Shown here: positions 39,915 through 50,733 of the stretch, one piece after another | Position numbering within the stretch: position 1 is the stretch's first letter | How the letters are laid out: the number at the start of each line of letters is the position of its first letter | Assembly: GCF_055900595.2 (NCBI RefSeq) | Contig: NZ_CM148325.1 | Direction: 5' to 3' (one strand) | DNA: 64,000 nt | The notes under the pieces: generated by a model | What the model was told of the DNA's origin: nothing | Database searches by the model: none | The model's input: the letters and a program-made list of their open reading frames with translations, nothing else | Program-made: the position numbers and the translations under genes

Positions 39915-41168
39915 ATGTTAAAGCGTGAAATGAACATTGCCGATTATGATGCCGAACTGTGGCAGGCTATGGAGCAGGAAAAAGTACGTCAGGAAGAGCA
40001 CATCGAACTGATCGCCTCCGAAAACTACACCAGCCCGCGCGTAATGCAGGCGCAGGGGTCTCAGCTGACCAACAAATATGCTGAAGGTTATCCGGGCAAA
40101 CGCTACTACGGCGGTTGCGAGTATGTTGATATCGTTGAACAACTGGCGATCGATCGCGCGAAAGAACTGTTCGGCGCTGACTACGCTAACGTCCAGCCGC
40201 ACTCCGGCTCCCAGGCGAACTTTGCGGTGTACACCGCGCTGCTGGAACCCGGCGACACCGTTCTGGGTATGAACCTGGCGCATGGCGGTCACCTGACTCA
40301 CGGTTCTCCGGTTAACTTCTCCGGTAAACTGTACAACATCGTTCCTTACGGTATCGATGCTACCGGTCATATCGACTACGCCGATCTGGAAAAACAAGCC
40401 AAAGAACACAAGCCGAAAATGATCATCGGTGGCTTCTCTGCATATTCCGGCGTGGTTGACTGGGCGAAAATGCGTGAAATCGCTGACAGCATCGGTGCTT
40501 ACCTGTTCGTTGATATGGCGCACGTTGCGGGACTGGTCGCTGCTGGCGTCTACCCGAACCCGGTTCCTCATGCTCACGTAGTGACTACCACCACTCACAA
40601 AACCCTGGCGGGTCCGCGCGGCGGCCTGATCCTGGCGAAAGGCGGTAGCGAAGAACTGTACAAAAAACTGAACTCTGCCGTTTTCCCTGGTGGTCAGGGC
40701 GGCCCGTTGATGCACGTAATCGCTGGTAAAGCGGTTGCTCTGAAAGAAGCGATGGAACCTGAGTTCAAAACTTACCAACAGCAGGTCGCGAAAAACGCTA
40801 AAGCGATGGTAGAAGTATTCCTGGAGCGCGGCTACAAAGTGGTTTCCGGCGGTACTGATAACCACCTGTTCCTGGTTGATCTGGTTGATAAAAACCTGAC
40901 CGGTAAAGAAGCTGACGCCGCTCTGGGCCGTGCTAACATCACCGTCAACAAAAACAGCGTACCGAACGATCCGAAGAGCCCGTTTGTAACCTCCGGTATT
41001 CGCGTGGGTACTCCGGCGATTACACGTCGTGGCTTTAAAGAAGCCGAAGCGAAAGAACTGGCTGGCTGGATGTGTGACGTGCTGGACAGCATCAATGATG
41101 AAGCCGTTATCGAGCGCATCAAAGGTAAAGTTCTCGACATCTGCGCACGTTACCCGGTTTACGCATAA
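39915..41168 (+). CDS. glyA: Serine hydroxymethyltransferase
   Basis: 417 aa; PLP-lysine motif [14 protein letters not shown]. Confidence 0.97.
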
Positions 41169-41200
41169 GCGAAACGGTGATTTGCTGACAATGTGCTCGT

Positions 41201-41318
41201 TGTTCATGCCGGATGCGGCGTGAACGCCTTATCCGGCCTACAAATTATTGCAAATTCAAGATATTGCAATCTCCGTGTAGGCCTGATAAGCGTAGCGCAT
41301 CAGGCAATTTTTCGTTTG
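41201..41318. repeat. REP/BIME (RIP-like) element, near-identical copy of the one at 10121..10238
   Basis: Same two inverted REP palindromes around an AT-rich spacer. Confidence 0.85.
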
Positions 41319-41365
41319 TGATCATCAAGGCTTCCTTAGGGAAGCCTTGTTACGTTATCGCGCCA

Positions 41366-42559
41366 TCAAATCTGTCGTAACTGCGCCTCAACATACAAAT
41401 AGCCAATCCCCAGCACCTGCTGTGCGCGGCTTAATTGCCCAAAGCCAATTTGCGTCGATTTCACGCTCGGTCCTTCGTCACGGTCGAACGGGTTAAATCC
41501 TGTCTGGCGAATAATGGAATTAAGCCAGTTCTCACCAAAGGCGCAGCTGCGACCATACAGCCAAATCTGATTAATATTGAGGATGTTGAGGAAGTTATAC
41601 AGACTCAAACCAATGGCGTTGGCACTGCGGTCAACCCAGCTGGTGATCCACGGTTCTCCACTCTGCCAGGCAGCGATTAATTGTGCGGTTGTCAATTTTT
41701 CAGGATCAAGCTGAGTATTCACCGGTTGTGATTTTAGCCATACTCGCGCCTGTTTTTTTAATGCGCTTAACGAGGCGACGGTTTCCAGGCAGCCATAATG
41801 TCCGCAGTCGCAGACGACACCATCCGGATTAACGATGGTGTGACCAATCTGTCCGCTACCATACAAACTGCCGCGATAAATTTGCTCGTTAATCACGAAC
41901 GACGAGCCAATACCGTAATCAACGTTGATCACGCAGAAATCCCGTCCTTGCGAATTATTTTGCCATTTCTCCGCCAGCGCCAGCATCACGCAGTCATTAT
42001 CGACCATCACCCGAATGCCCAGCTTCTCTTCCAGCAGATACTTCACCTCAACCGGCGTTGTCCACGGCGCTTGCGGCATGGTTTGCGACACGCCAGTCAC
42101 TGGATCAACCTGACCGTGGATTGCCAGCGCCAGGTTGATAGTACGGTCCGGCCACAGTTTACGATGACGATGCCAGCATTTTTCGATTTCGGACAACAGA
42201 GCCTGCGGTGTCGGTGCATCAATCTGAAAATACTCAAATTCGCCTTTCGGACTTAAACAGGCATTAGCGACCTGACACTCAATGCTGGTGGGCGTCACGT
42301 TCAGGCACAGCGTCCAGTCACCTTCCGGCGCGATCAGCCATGTACCGCTACTGTGCCCGCGCGTCTGGCTTTCATCGTCGATATTCACCACCCGTTTTTC
42401 GCTTTCCAGCTCCTGCAAAATATTACTGACTGCCGGAATCGAAATTTGCGCCAGCCGGGCCAGCGTTGATTTATTGGCGCGCTTTTGCCGGTACAGCAGT
42501 TCCAGAATCACGCATTTGTTATGGTGGCGAATCTGTTGATTATTAATGCAGGCTCTCAT
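41366..42559 (-). CDS. yphH: ROK-family (NagC/Mlc-like) transcriptional regulator YphH
   Basis: 397 aa; N-terminal HTH, ROK sugar-kinase-like fold with Cys/His cluster (CDCGHYGCLE). Confidence 0.85.
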   Translation of the reverse strand: MRACINNQQIRHHNKCVILELLYRQKRANKSTLARLAQISIPAVSNILQELESEKRVVNIDDESQTRGHSSGTWLIAPEGDWTLCLNVTPTSIECQVANACLSPKGEFEYFQIDAPTPQALLSEIEKCWHRHRKLWPDRTINLALAIHGQVDPVTGVSQTMPQAPWTTPVEVKYLLEEKLGIRVMVDNDCVMLALAEKWQNNSQGRDFCVINVDYGIGSSFVINEQIYRGSLYGSGQIGHTIVNPDGVVCDCGHYGCLETVASLSALKKQARVWLKSQPVNTQLDPEKLTTAQLIAAWQSGEPWITSWVDRSANAIGLSLYNFLNILNINQIWLYGRSCAFGENWLNSIIRQTGFNPFDRDEGPSVKSTQIGFGQLSRAQQVLGIGYLYVEAQLRQI

Positions 42560-42676
42560 CTTCACTAAACCTTGTTTAGTTAATTGCGTGATTATTCCGC
42601 GAAAACATTGCCAGATTGTTCAATACACTGCCACAAATCTTTTAATTCAGTATGTCTTGTTAATATTGAGGGCACC

Positions 42677-45600
42677 ATGACTCCAGTAAAAGTGTGGCAA
42701 GAGCGCGTTGAGATCCCGACTTATGAAACAGGTCCGCAGGATATACACCCTATGTTCCTGGAAAATCGCGTTTATCAGGGATCGTCCGGTGCGGTTTATC
42801 CCTACGGCGTGACCGATACGCTGAGCGAGCAGAAAGTCCTGAAATCCTGGCAAGCGGTGTGGCTGGAAAACGACTATATCAAAGTGATGATCCTGCCGGA
42901 GTTGGGCGGTCGGGTGCATCGCGCTTGGGATAAAGTGAAACAGCGCGATTTTGTCTATCACAATGAAGTCATTAAACCGGCGCTGGTGGGGCTGCTGGGG
43001 CCGTGGATCTCTGGCGGGATTGAGTTTAACTGGCCACAACACCATCGCCCAACCACCTTTATGCCCGTCGATTTCACCATCGAAGCCCATGAAGACGGCG
43101 CACAAACTGTGTGGGTTGGCGAAACGGAGCCGATGCACGGTTTACAGGTGATGACCGGTTTCACACTACGCCCTGACAGGGCGGCGCTGGAGATTGCCAG
43201 CCGCGTCTATAACGGCAATGCCACGCCGCGTCATTTCTTGTGGTGGGCCAACCCGGCAGTGAAAGGTGGCGAAGGGCATCAGAGCGTTTTCCCGCCGGAT
43301 GTAACGGCGGTGTTTGATCACGGCAAACGGGCTGTTTCAGCTTTCCCTATCGCTACCGGCACTTACTACAAAGTGGACTACTCCGCCGGAGTGGATATTT
43401 CTCGCTATAAAAATGTGCCAGTGCCGACTTCGTATATGGCCGAAAAATCGCAGTACGATTTTGTTGGCGCATGGTGTCACGATGAAGATGGCGGTTTGCT
43501 ACACGTTGCCAACCACCACATCGCGCCAGGTAAAAAACAGTGGAGCTGGGGACACAGTGAATTCGGCCAGGCGTGGGATAAGAGCCTGACCGACAATAAC
43601 GGCCCGTATATCGAACTGATGACGGGTATTTTTGCCGATAACCAGCCCGATTTTACCTGGCTTGATGCTTACGAAGAGAAGCGTTTCGAGCAGTATTTCC
43701 TGCCTTATCATTCTCTGGGCATGGTGCAAAACGCCTCCCGCGATGCGGTGATTAAACTCCAGCGTAGCGAGCGGGGGATTGAGTGGGGGCTGTATGCCAT
43801 CTCCCCGTTGAAAGGATGCCGCCTGGCGATCCGCGAAATCGGCAAATGCAACGCGTTGCTCGACGATGCCGTGGCTCTGACGCCAGCGACCGCCATTCAG
43901 GGCGTGTTGCATGGTATCAATCCTGACAGACTAACCATTGAACTCTCCGATGCCGATGGCAATATCGTACTGAGTTATCAGGAACATCAGCCACAAGAGT
44001 TGCCGTTGCCGGACGTCGCCAAAGCGCCACTGGCAGCACAAGAGATTACCAGTACAGATGAAGCCTGGTTTATCGGTCAGCATCTGGAGCAATATCATCA
44101 TGCCAGCCGTTCCCCCTTCGATTACTACCTGCGCGGCGTGGCGCTGGACCCGCTGGATTATCGCTGTAACCTGGCGTTGGCGATGCTGGAATATAACCGC
44201 GCCGACTTCCCGCAAACGGTGGCGTATGCCACTCAGGCGCTAAAACGCGCACATGCGTTGAACAAAAACCCGCAGTGCGGACAGGCGAGTTTAATTCGCG
44301 CCAGTGCTTACGAACGTCAGGGGCAATATCAACAAGCCGAAGAGGATTTCTGGCGTGCGGTCTGGAGCGGAAACAGTAAAGCCGGTGGCTATTATGGTCT
44401 GGCACGGCTGGCGGCGCGTAATGGTCACTTCGACGCGGGTCTGGATTTTTGCCAACAAAGTCTTCGCGCCTGCCCAACCAATCAGGAAGTGCTTTGCCTG
44501 CATAACCTGCTGCTGGTGTTAAGTGGTCGTCAGGACAACGCGCGTTTGCAGCGAGAGAAGTTGCTGCGTGATTATCCGCTGAACGCCACTCTGTGGTGGC
44601 TGAACTGGTTCGATGGTTGTAGCGAATCTGCCCTCGTACAGTGGCGAGGTCTGTGTCAGGGACGCGACGTTAACGCTCTGATGACCGCCGGGCAACTGAT
44701 TAACTGGGGCATGCCCGCTCTGGCGGCAGAGATGCTGAACGCACTGGACTGTCAGCGCACGCTACCGCTTTACCTGCAAGCCAGTTTGCTGCCAAAAGCT
44801 GAACGCGGAGAACTGGTCGCAAAAGCTATTGATGTCTTCCCGCAGTTTGTCCGTTTCCCTAATACGCTGGAAGAAGTGGCGGCGCTGGAGAGTATCGAAG
44901 AGTGCTGGTTTGCCCGGCATTTACTGGCCTGTTTCTACTACAACAAACGCAGCTACGGCAAAGCAATTGCCTTATGGCAACGTTGCGTTGAGATGTCGCC
45001 GGAGTTTGCCGACGGATGGCGTGGGCTGGCAATCCATGCGTGGAATAAGCAGCATGATTATGAACTGGCTGCGCGTTATCTTGATAATGCTTATCAACTT
45101 GCGCCGCAGGATGCACGTTTGCTATTCGAACGGGATTTGCTGGATAAGTTAACCGGTGCTGCACCAGAAAAACGTCTGGCGCGTCTGGAAGCTAATCTGG
45201 AAATCGCCCTGAAGCGTGATGACATGACCGCAGAATTGCTCAATTTGTGGCATCTCACTGGTCAGGCCGACAAAGCGGCAGAGATTCTCGCCACGCGTAA
45301 ATTCCATCCGTGGGAAGGCGGAGAAGGGAAAGTCACCAGTCAGTTTATCCTCAACCAGTTGTTACGCGCCTGGCAATACCTTGATGCCAGACAACCGCAG
45401 CAGGCCAGCGAACTGCTTCATGCCGCGCTGCACTATCCGGAGAATTTAAGCGAAGGCCGTTTACCGGGGCAAACTGACAACGACATCTGGTTCTGGCAGG
45501 CGATATGTGCCAAAGCCCAGGGCGATGAAACTGCAGCGACGCGTTGTTTACGTCTGGCGGCGACGGGTGATCGCACCATTAACATCCACAGTTATTACAA

Positions 45601-45958
45601 CGATCAACCGGTTGATTATCTCTTCTGGCAAGGGATGGCGTTGCGATTACTGGGCGAACAACAAACCGCACAGCAACTGTTTAGTGAAATGAAACAGTGG
45701 GCGCAAGAGATGGCGAAAACCAGTATCGAAGCGGATTTCTTTGCCGTCTCGCAGCCTGACTTGTTGTCGCTGTATGGCGATTTACAACAGCAGCATAAAG
45801 AAAAATGCCTGATGGTGGCGATGCTGGCGGCCGCGGGATTAGGCGAGATTGCGCAATACGAATCTGCTCGCGCTGAATTGACGGCGATTAATCCGGCCTG
45901 GCCGAAAGCGGCATTACTCATCACCGTGATGCCTTTTATTTTTAGCTACGTTCACTAA
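42677..45958 (+). CDS. yphG: Large uncharacterised protein YphG (1093 aa), helical-repeat (TPR-like) C-terminal half
   Basis: ORF with SD (GAGGG) upstream of Met 42677; divergent from yphH; K-12-like length. Confidence 0.8.
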   Translation: MTPVKVWQERVEIPTYETGPQDIHPMFLENRVYQGSSGAVYPYGVTDTLSEQKVLKSWQAVWLENDYIKVMILPELGGRVHRAWDKVKQRDFVYHNEVIKPALVGLLGPWISGGIEFNWPQHHRPTTFMPVDFTIEAHEDGAQTVWVGETEPMHGLQVMTGFTLRPDRAALEIASRVYNGNATPRHFLWWANPAVKGGEGHQSVFPPDVTAVFDHGKRAVSAFPIATGTYYKVDYSAGVDISRYKNVPVPTSYMAEKSQYDFVGAWCHDEDGGLLHVANHHIAPGKKQWSWGHSEFGQAWDKSLTDNNGPYIELMTGIFADNQPDFTWLDAYEEKRFEQYFLPYHSLGMVQNASRDAVIKLQRSERGIEWGLYAISPLKGCRLAIREIGKCNALLDDAVALTPATAIQGVLHGINPDRLTIELSDADGNIVLSYQEHQPQELPLPDVAKAPLAAQEITSTDEAWFIGQHLEQYHHASRSPFDYYLRGVALDPLDYRCNLALAMLEYNRADFPQTVAYATQALKRAHALNKNPQCGQASLIRASAYERQGQYQQAEEDFWRAVWSGNSKAGGYYGLARLAARNGHFDAGLDFCQQSLRACPTNQEVLCLHNLLLVLSGRQDNARLQREKLLRDYPLNATLWWLNWFDGCSESALVQWRGLCQGRDVNALMTAGQLINWGMPALAAEMLNALDCQRTLPLYLQASLLPKAERGELVAKAIDVFPQFVRFPNTLEEVAALESIEECWFARHLLACFYYNKRSYGKAIALWQRCVEMSPEFADGWRGLAIHAWNKQHDYELAARYLDNAYQLAPQDARLLFERDLLDKLTGAAPEKRLARLEANLEIALKRDDMTAELLNLWHLTGQADKAAEILATRKFHPWEGGEGKVTSQFILNQLLRAWQYLDARQPQQASELLHAALHYPENLSEGRLPGQTDNDIWFWQAICAKAQGDETAATRCLRLAATGDRTINIHSYYNDQPVDYLFWQGMALRLLGEQQTAQQLFSEMKQWAQEMAKTSIEADFFAVSQPDLLSLYGDLQQQHKEKCLMVAMLAAAGLGEIAQYESARAELTAINPAWPKAALLITVMPFIFSYVH

Positions 45959-45975
45959 ACACTATTAACTGTAAT

Positions 45976-46010
45976 ATTTGAGCGGCACGCGCTGCCGCTC
46001 ACGCTCAAAT
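45976..46010 (+). terminator. Hairpin terminator between yphG and yphF
   Basis: TTTGAGCGGCA-n-TGCCGCTCACGCTCAAA inverted repeat in AT-rich context. Confidence 0.55.
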
Positions 46011-46054
46011 AATTAAAATAAGCCGTTGTAAATAAAAACCCTACAGGAGGCACT

Positions 46055-47038
46055 ATGCCTAAAAAAATGAGAACAACCCGTAATCTATTATTAATGGCTA
46101 CGCTATTAGGTAGCACACTATTTGCCAACGCTGCGGAAAAAGAAATGACCATTGGTGCAATATACCTTGATACCCAGGGATATTACGCTGGAGTGCGCCA
46201 GGGCGTTCAGGATGCGGCAAAAGATTCTTCAGTACAGGTACAGTTAATTGAAACTAACGCCCAGGGCGATATTTCGAAAGAAAGTACCTTTGTTGATACC
46301 CTCGTGGCGCGTAATGTCGATGCCATTATTTTGTCGGCAGTGTCTGAAAATGGCAGTAGCCGCACCGTTCGCCGCGCCAGTGAGGCGGGTATTCCGGTGA
46401 TTTGCTACAACACCTGTATTAATCAAAAGGGTGTCGATAAATATGTCTCGGCATATCTGGTTGGCGATCCGCTGGAATTTGGTAAAAAACTGGGTAACGC
46501 TGCCGCCGATTATTTTATTGCTAACAAAATTGACCAGCCGAAAATTGCTGTCATCAATTGCGAAGCCTTTGAAGTTTGTGTGCAACGACGTAAAGGGTTT
46601 GAAGAAGTATTAAAAGCCCGCGTTCCCGGCGCGAAAATTGTCGCTAATCAGGAAGGGACTGTTTTAGATAAAGCGATTTCTGTTGGTGAAAAACTGATTA
46701 TCTCCACGCCAGATCTCAATGCCATTATGGGGGAATCGGGTGGAGCGACACTCGGCGCGGTAAAAGCGGTACGTAATCAAAATCAGGCTGGAAAAATTGC
46801 CGTTTTCGGTTCGGATATGACCACTGAAATTGCACAGGAACTGGAAAATAACCAGGTGCTGAAAGCGGTAGTGGATATTTCCGGTAAGAAAATGGGCAAT
46901 GCTGTTTTCGCGCAAACATTGAAGGTTATCAATAAACAAGCCGACGGTGAAAAAGTGATTCAGGTGCCAATCGATCTCTATACCAAAACGGAAGACGGTA
47001 AACAGTGGCTGGCAACGCACGTTGATGGTCTGCCCTAA
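46055..47038 (+). CDS. yphF: ABC transporter periplasmic sugar-binding protein (RbsB-like) YphF
   Basis: 327 aa; signal peptide MPKKMRTTRNLLLMATLLGSTLFANA; periplasmic binding protein type 1 fold. Confidence 0.85.
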   Translation: MPKKMRTTRNLLLMATLLGSTLFANAAEKEMTIGAIYLDTQGYYAGVRQGVQDAAKDSSVQVQLIETNAQGDISKESTFVDTLVARNVDAIILSAVSENGSSRTVRRASEAGIPVICYNTCINQKGVDKYVSAYLVGDPLEFGKKLGNAAADYFIANKIDQPKIAVINCEAFEVCVQRRKGFEEVLKARVPGAKIVANQEGTVLDKAISVGEKLIISTPDLNAIMGESGGATLGAVKAVRNQNQAGKIAVFGSDMTTEIAQELENNQVLKAVVDISGKKMGNAVFAQTLKVINKQADGEKVIQVPIDLYTKTEDGKQWLATHVDGLP

Positions 47039-47060
47039 TCGCTGATTCGCAGAGGTCCCT

Positions 47061-48572
47061 ATGTTCACGGCAACAGAGGCAGTTCCGGTAGCAAAAGTGG
47101 TGGCAGGAAATAAGCGTTACCCCGGTGTCGTTGCGCTGGATAACGTTAACTTCACGCTCAATAAAGGCGAAGTTCGCGCGCTGTTAGGTAAAAACGGTGC
47201 GGGAAAATCGACCCTCATTCGAATGCTTACCGGTAGCGAACGTCCGGATAGCGGTGATATCTGGATTGGCGAGACGCGACTGGAAGGCGACGAAGCTACG
47301 CTGACTCGCCGTGCCGCTGAACTGGGGGTACGCGCGGTTTATCAGGAATTAAGTCTGGTGGAGGGGCTGACGGTGGCGGAAAACCTCTGCCTCGGTCAGT
47401 GGCCCCGCCGCAACGGCATGATTGATTACCTGCAAATGGCGCAGGATGCCCAACGTTGCTTACAGGCGCTGGGCGTTGACGTTAGTCCTGAACAACTTGT
47501 TTCGACACTAAGCCCGGCGCAAAAGCAACTGGTGGAAATTGCGCGGGTGATGAAAGGCGAGCCGCGCGTGGTCATTCTTGATGAACCTACCAGTTCGCTT
47601 GCCAGTGCGGAAGTTGAACTGGTGATCAGCGCTGTGAAAAAGATGTCGGCACTGGGCGTGGCGGTGATTTATGTCAGCCACCGGATGGAAGAAATTCGCC
47701 GCATTGCCTCCTGTGCCACCGTTATGCGCGATGGTCAGGTGGCGGGCGATGTGATGCTCGAAAACACCTCTACGCATCATATTGTGTCGCTAATGCTCGG
47801 GCGCGATCACGTTGATATTGCGCCGGTTGCCCCTCAGGAAATTATGGATCAAGCCGTGCTGGAAGTCCGTGCGTTACGCCATAAGCCCAAGCTGGAGGAT
47901 ATCAGCTTTACGCTACGTCGCGGCGAAGTGCTCGGCATTGCTGGCCTGCTGGGGGCAGGGCGCAGTGAATTGCTGAAGGCGATTGTTGGGCTGGAGACGT
48001 ATGAACAGGGCGAAATTGTTATCAACGGCGAGAAAATCACGCGCCCCGATTACGGCGAGATGCTGAAACGCGGCATTGGCTATACGCCAGAAAACCGCAA
48101 AGAAGCGGGGATCATTCCCTGGCTGGGCGTTGACGAAAATACGGTACTGACCAATCGGCAAAAAATCAGCGCCAACGGTGTGCTGCAATGGTCCACCATC
48201 CGCCGCCTGACCGAAGAGGTGATGCAGCGGATGACGGTCAAGGCAGCCAGTAGCGAAACGCCTATTGGCACGCTTTCTGGCGGCAATCAGCAAAAAGTGG
48301 TGATCGGTCGTTGGGTCTATGCCGCCAGCCAGATTTTATTGCTCGACGAGCCAACGCGCGGCGTCGATATCGAAGCCAAACAGCAGATTTACCGTATTGT
48401 CCGCGAGCTGGCTGCCGAAGGGAAAAGCGTGGTGTTTATCTCCAGTGAAGTGGAGGAGTTGCCGCTGGTGTGCGACCGCATCCTGTTATTACAGCACGGT
48501 ACGTTCTCGCAGGAGTTTCACTCGCCGGTCAATGTGGATGAGCTGATGTCCGCCATTCTGTCTGTGCACTGA
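47061..48572 (+). CDS. yphE: Sugar ABC transporter ATP-binding protein YphE (two fused ABC cassettes)
   Basis: 503 aa; Walker A GKNGAGKST plus second cassette LLGAGRSEL and signature LSGGNQQK. Confidence 0.9.
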   Translation: MFTATEAVPVAKVVAGNKRYPGVVALDNVNFTLNKGEVRALLGKNGAGKSTLIRMLTGSERPDSGDIWIGETRLEGDEATLTRRAAELGVRAVYQELSLVEGLTVAENLCLGQWPRRNGMIDYLQMAQDAQRCLQALGVDVSPEQLVSTLSPAQKQLVEIARVMKGEPRVVILDEPTSSLASAEVELVISAVKKMSALGVAVIYVSHRMEEIRRIASCATVMRDGQVAGDVMLENTSTHHIVSLMLGRDHVDIAPVAPQEIMDQAVLEVRALRHKPKLEDISFTLRRGEVLGIAGLLGAGRSELLKAIVGLETYEQGEIVINGEKITRPDYGEMLKRGIGYTPENRKEAGIIPWLGVDENTVLTNRQKISANGVLQWSTIRRLTEEVMQRMTVKAASSETPIGTLSGGNQQKVVIGRWVYAASQILLLDEPTRGVDIEAKQQIYRIVRELAAEGKSVVFISSEVEELPLVCDRILLLQHGTFSQEFHSPVNVDELMSAILSVH

Positions 48573-48596
48573 TGAATTTTACCGAGGAACCTGAAG

Positions 48597-49595
48597 ATGT
48601 CTGCTTCGTCATTACCATTGCCGCAGGGCAAGAGCGTCTCGCTCAAACAATTTGTCAGTCGCCATATTAATGAGATCGGTTTGCTGGTGGTAATCGCCAT
48701 TCTTTATCTGGTCTTCTCCCTGAATGCGCCTGGCTTTATCTCATTGAATAACCAAATGAACGTGCTGCGCGATGCTGCCACCATCGGGATCGCCGCCTGG
48801 GCGATGACGCTGATTATTATCTCCGGTGAAATTGATGTCAGCGTTGGACCGATGGTGGCTTTTGTCTCGGTGTGCCTGGCATTTTTGCTGCAATTTAACG
48901 TTCCGCTGGCGATTGCTTGTCTGCTGGTGTTGCTGTTAGGCGCGCTGATGGGGACGCTGGCCGGCGTGCTGCGCGGCGTGTTTAACGTGCCCAGTTTCGT
49001 TGCCACGCTGGGGCTGTGGAGCGCCCTGCGCGGAATGGGGCTGTTTATGACTAACGCCCTGCCAGTGCCGATTGACGAAAACGAGGTACTGGACTGGCTG
49101 GGGGGACAATTTCTCGGTGTGCCAGTATCCGCGCTGATCATGATGGTGTTGTTTGCGCTGTTTGTGTTCATCAGCCGCAAAACCGCCTTCGGGCGCTCGG
49201 TTTTTGCTGTTGGCGGTAATGCGACGGCAGCGCAGTTGTGCGGTATCAACGTTCGTCGGGTGCGCATTCTTATTTTTACCCTTTCGGGATTATTAGCGGC
49301 GGTGACCGGCATTTTGCTGGCAGCTCGCCTCGGTTCTGGTAACGCAGGTGCGGCAAACGGTCTGGAGTTTGACGTCATCGCTGCGGTCGTGGTCGGCGGT
49401 ACGGCACTTTCCGGCGGTCGCGGTTCCTTGTTCGGTACGTTGCTTGGTGTGCTGGTGATTACGCTAATCGGTAACGGTCTGGTGTTGCTCGGGATTAACT
49501 CTTTTTTCCAGCAGGTGGTGCGCGGCGTCATCATCGTGGTGGCGGTTCTGGCGAATATCTTGCTGACCCAGCGAAGCAGTAAAGCGAAACGCTAA
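48597..49595 (+). CDS. yphD: Sugar ABC transporter permease YphD
   Basis: 332 aa polytopic membrane protein of the RbsC/AraH permease type. Confidence 0.88.
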   Translation: MSASSLPLPQGKSVSLKQFVSRHINEIGLLVVIAILYLVFSLNAPGFISLNNQMNVLRDAATIGIAAWAMTLIIISGEIDVSVGPMVAFVSVCLAFLLQFNVPLAIACLLVLLLGALMGTLAGVLRGVFNVPSFVATLGLWSALRGMGLFMTNALPVPIDENEVLDWLGGQFLGVPVSALIMMVLFALFVFISRKTAFGRSVFAVGGNATAAQLCGINVRRVRILIFTLSGLLAAVTGILLAARLGSGNAGAANGLEFDVIAAVVVGGTALSGGRGSLFGTLLGVLVITLIGNGLVLLGINSFFQQVVRGVIIVVAVLANILLTQRSSKAKR

Positions 49596-49660
49596 ACCTT
49601 AACGCCCCTGGCGCGGGTGCGGCAGGGATGAAAATTAATCGTATTGTTAATGAGGGAATT

Positions 49661-50722
49661 ATGAAAACGATGCTGGCAGCTTATTTACCAGGAAATTCGA
49701 CCGTCGATCTGCGGGAAGTTGCGGTGCCGACACCGGGGATTAACCAGGTACTGATTAAAATGAAATCCTCCGGGATTTGCGGAAGCGATGTCCACTATAT
49801 CTATCATCAACACCGCGCCACAGCGGCGGCTCCCGATAAACCGTTATACCAGGGATTTATCAACGGTCATGAACCGTGCGGGCAAATTGTGGCGATGGGG
49901 CAAGGTTGTCGCCATTTTAAAGAGGGCGACCGCGTGCTGGTGTATCACATTTCTGGCTGTGGTTTTTGCCCGAACTGCCGTCGCGGTTTTCCTATCTCTT
50001 GTACTGGCGAAGGAAAAGCCGCTTACGGCTGGCAGCGTGACGGCGGTCATGCCGAATACCTGCTGGCGGAAGAAAAAGATCTGATCCTCCTGCCGGACGC
50101 GCTGAGCTATGAAGATGGTGCGTTTATCAGTTGCGGCGTTGGTACAGCGTATGAAGGGATTTTGCGCGGCGAAGTTTCCGGCAGTGATAACGTGCTGGTG
50201 GTCGGTCTGGGGCCGGTCGGGATGATGGCGATGATGCTGGCGAAAGGTCGCGGTGCAAAAAGGATCATCGGCGTTGATATGCTGCCGGAACGTCTGGCGA
50301 TGGCGAAACAGTTAGGGGTGATGGATCACGGCTATTTAGCAACGACCGAAGGTCTGCCGCAGATTATCGCCGAACTCACCCACGGTGGCGCGGATGTTGC
50401 GCTCGATTGTTCCGGTAATGCCGCAGGTCGCTTACTGGCGTTGCAATCCACTGCTGACTGGGGACGGGTGGTTTACATCGGGGAAACCGGAAAAGTGGAG
50501 TTCGAGGTTAGCGCTGATCTGATGCATCATCAACGGCGGATTATTGGCTCCTGGGTGACCAGTCTGTTCCATATGGAAAAATGCGCCCACGATTTAACGG
50601 ACTGGAAACTGTGGCCGCGTAATGCCATTACCCATCGCTTCTCACTGGAACAGGCAGGAGATGCCTATGCGCTGATGGCGAGCGGTAAATGCGGGAAAGT
50701 TGTGATTAACTTCCCGGATTAA
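49661..50722 (+). CDS. yphC: Zinc-dependent alcohol/polyol dehydrogenase YphC (MDR family)
   Basis: 353 aa from Met 49661; catalytic zinc motif GHEPCG and structural zinc Cys cluster (CGFCPNCRRG). Confidence 0.88.
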   Translation: MKTMLAAYLPGNSTVDLREVAVPTPGINQVLIKMKSSGICGSDVHYIYHQHRATAAAPDKPLYQGFINGHEPCGQIVAMGQGCRHFKEGDRVLVYHISGCGFCPNCRRGFPISCTGEGKAAYGWQRDGGHAEYLLAEEKDLILLPDALSYEDGAFISCGVGTAYEGILRGEVSGSDNVLVVGLGPVGMMAMMLAKGRGAKRIIGVDMLPERLAMAKQLGVMDHGYLATTEGLPQIIAELTHGGADVALDCSGNAAGRLLALQSTADWGRVVYIGETGKVEFEVSADLMHHQRRIIGSWVTSLFHMEKCAHDLTDWKLWPRNAITHRFSLEQAGDAYALMASGKCGKVVINFPD

Positions 50723-50733
50723 GGAGTCAGCGG

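Noticed and set aside
39918-41207. 429-aa ORF on the minus strand covering the whole of glyA
   Set aside because: Antisense to a highly expressed, confidently identified gene (glyA); no RBS or recognisable motifs. Long antisense ORFs are a common artefact opposite GC-rich, codon-biased genes.
48704-49534. 276-aa minus-strand ORF opposite yphD
   Set aside because: Antisense to a membrane permease gene; Thr/Pro/Ala-rich translation with no start context.
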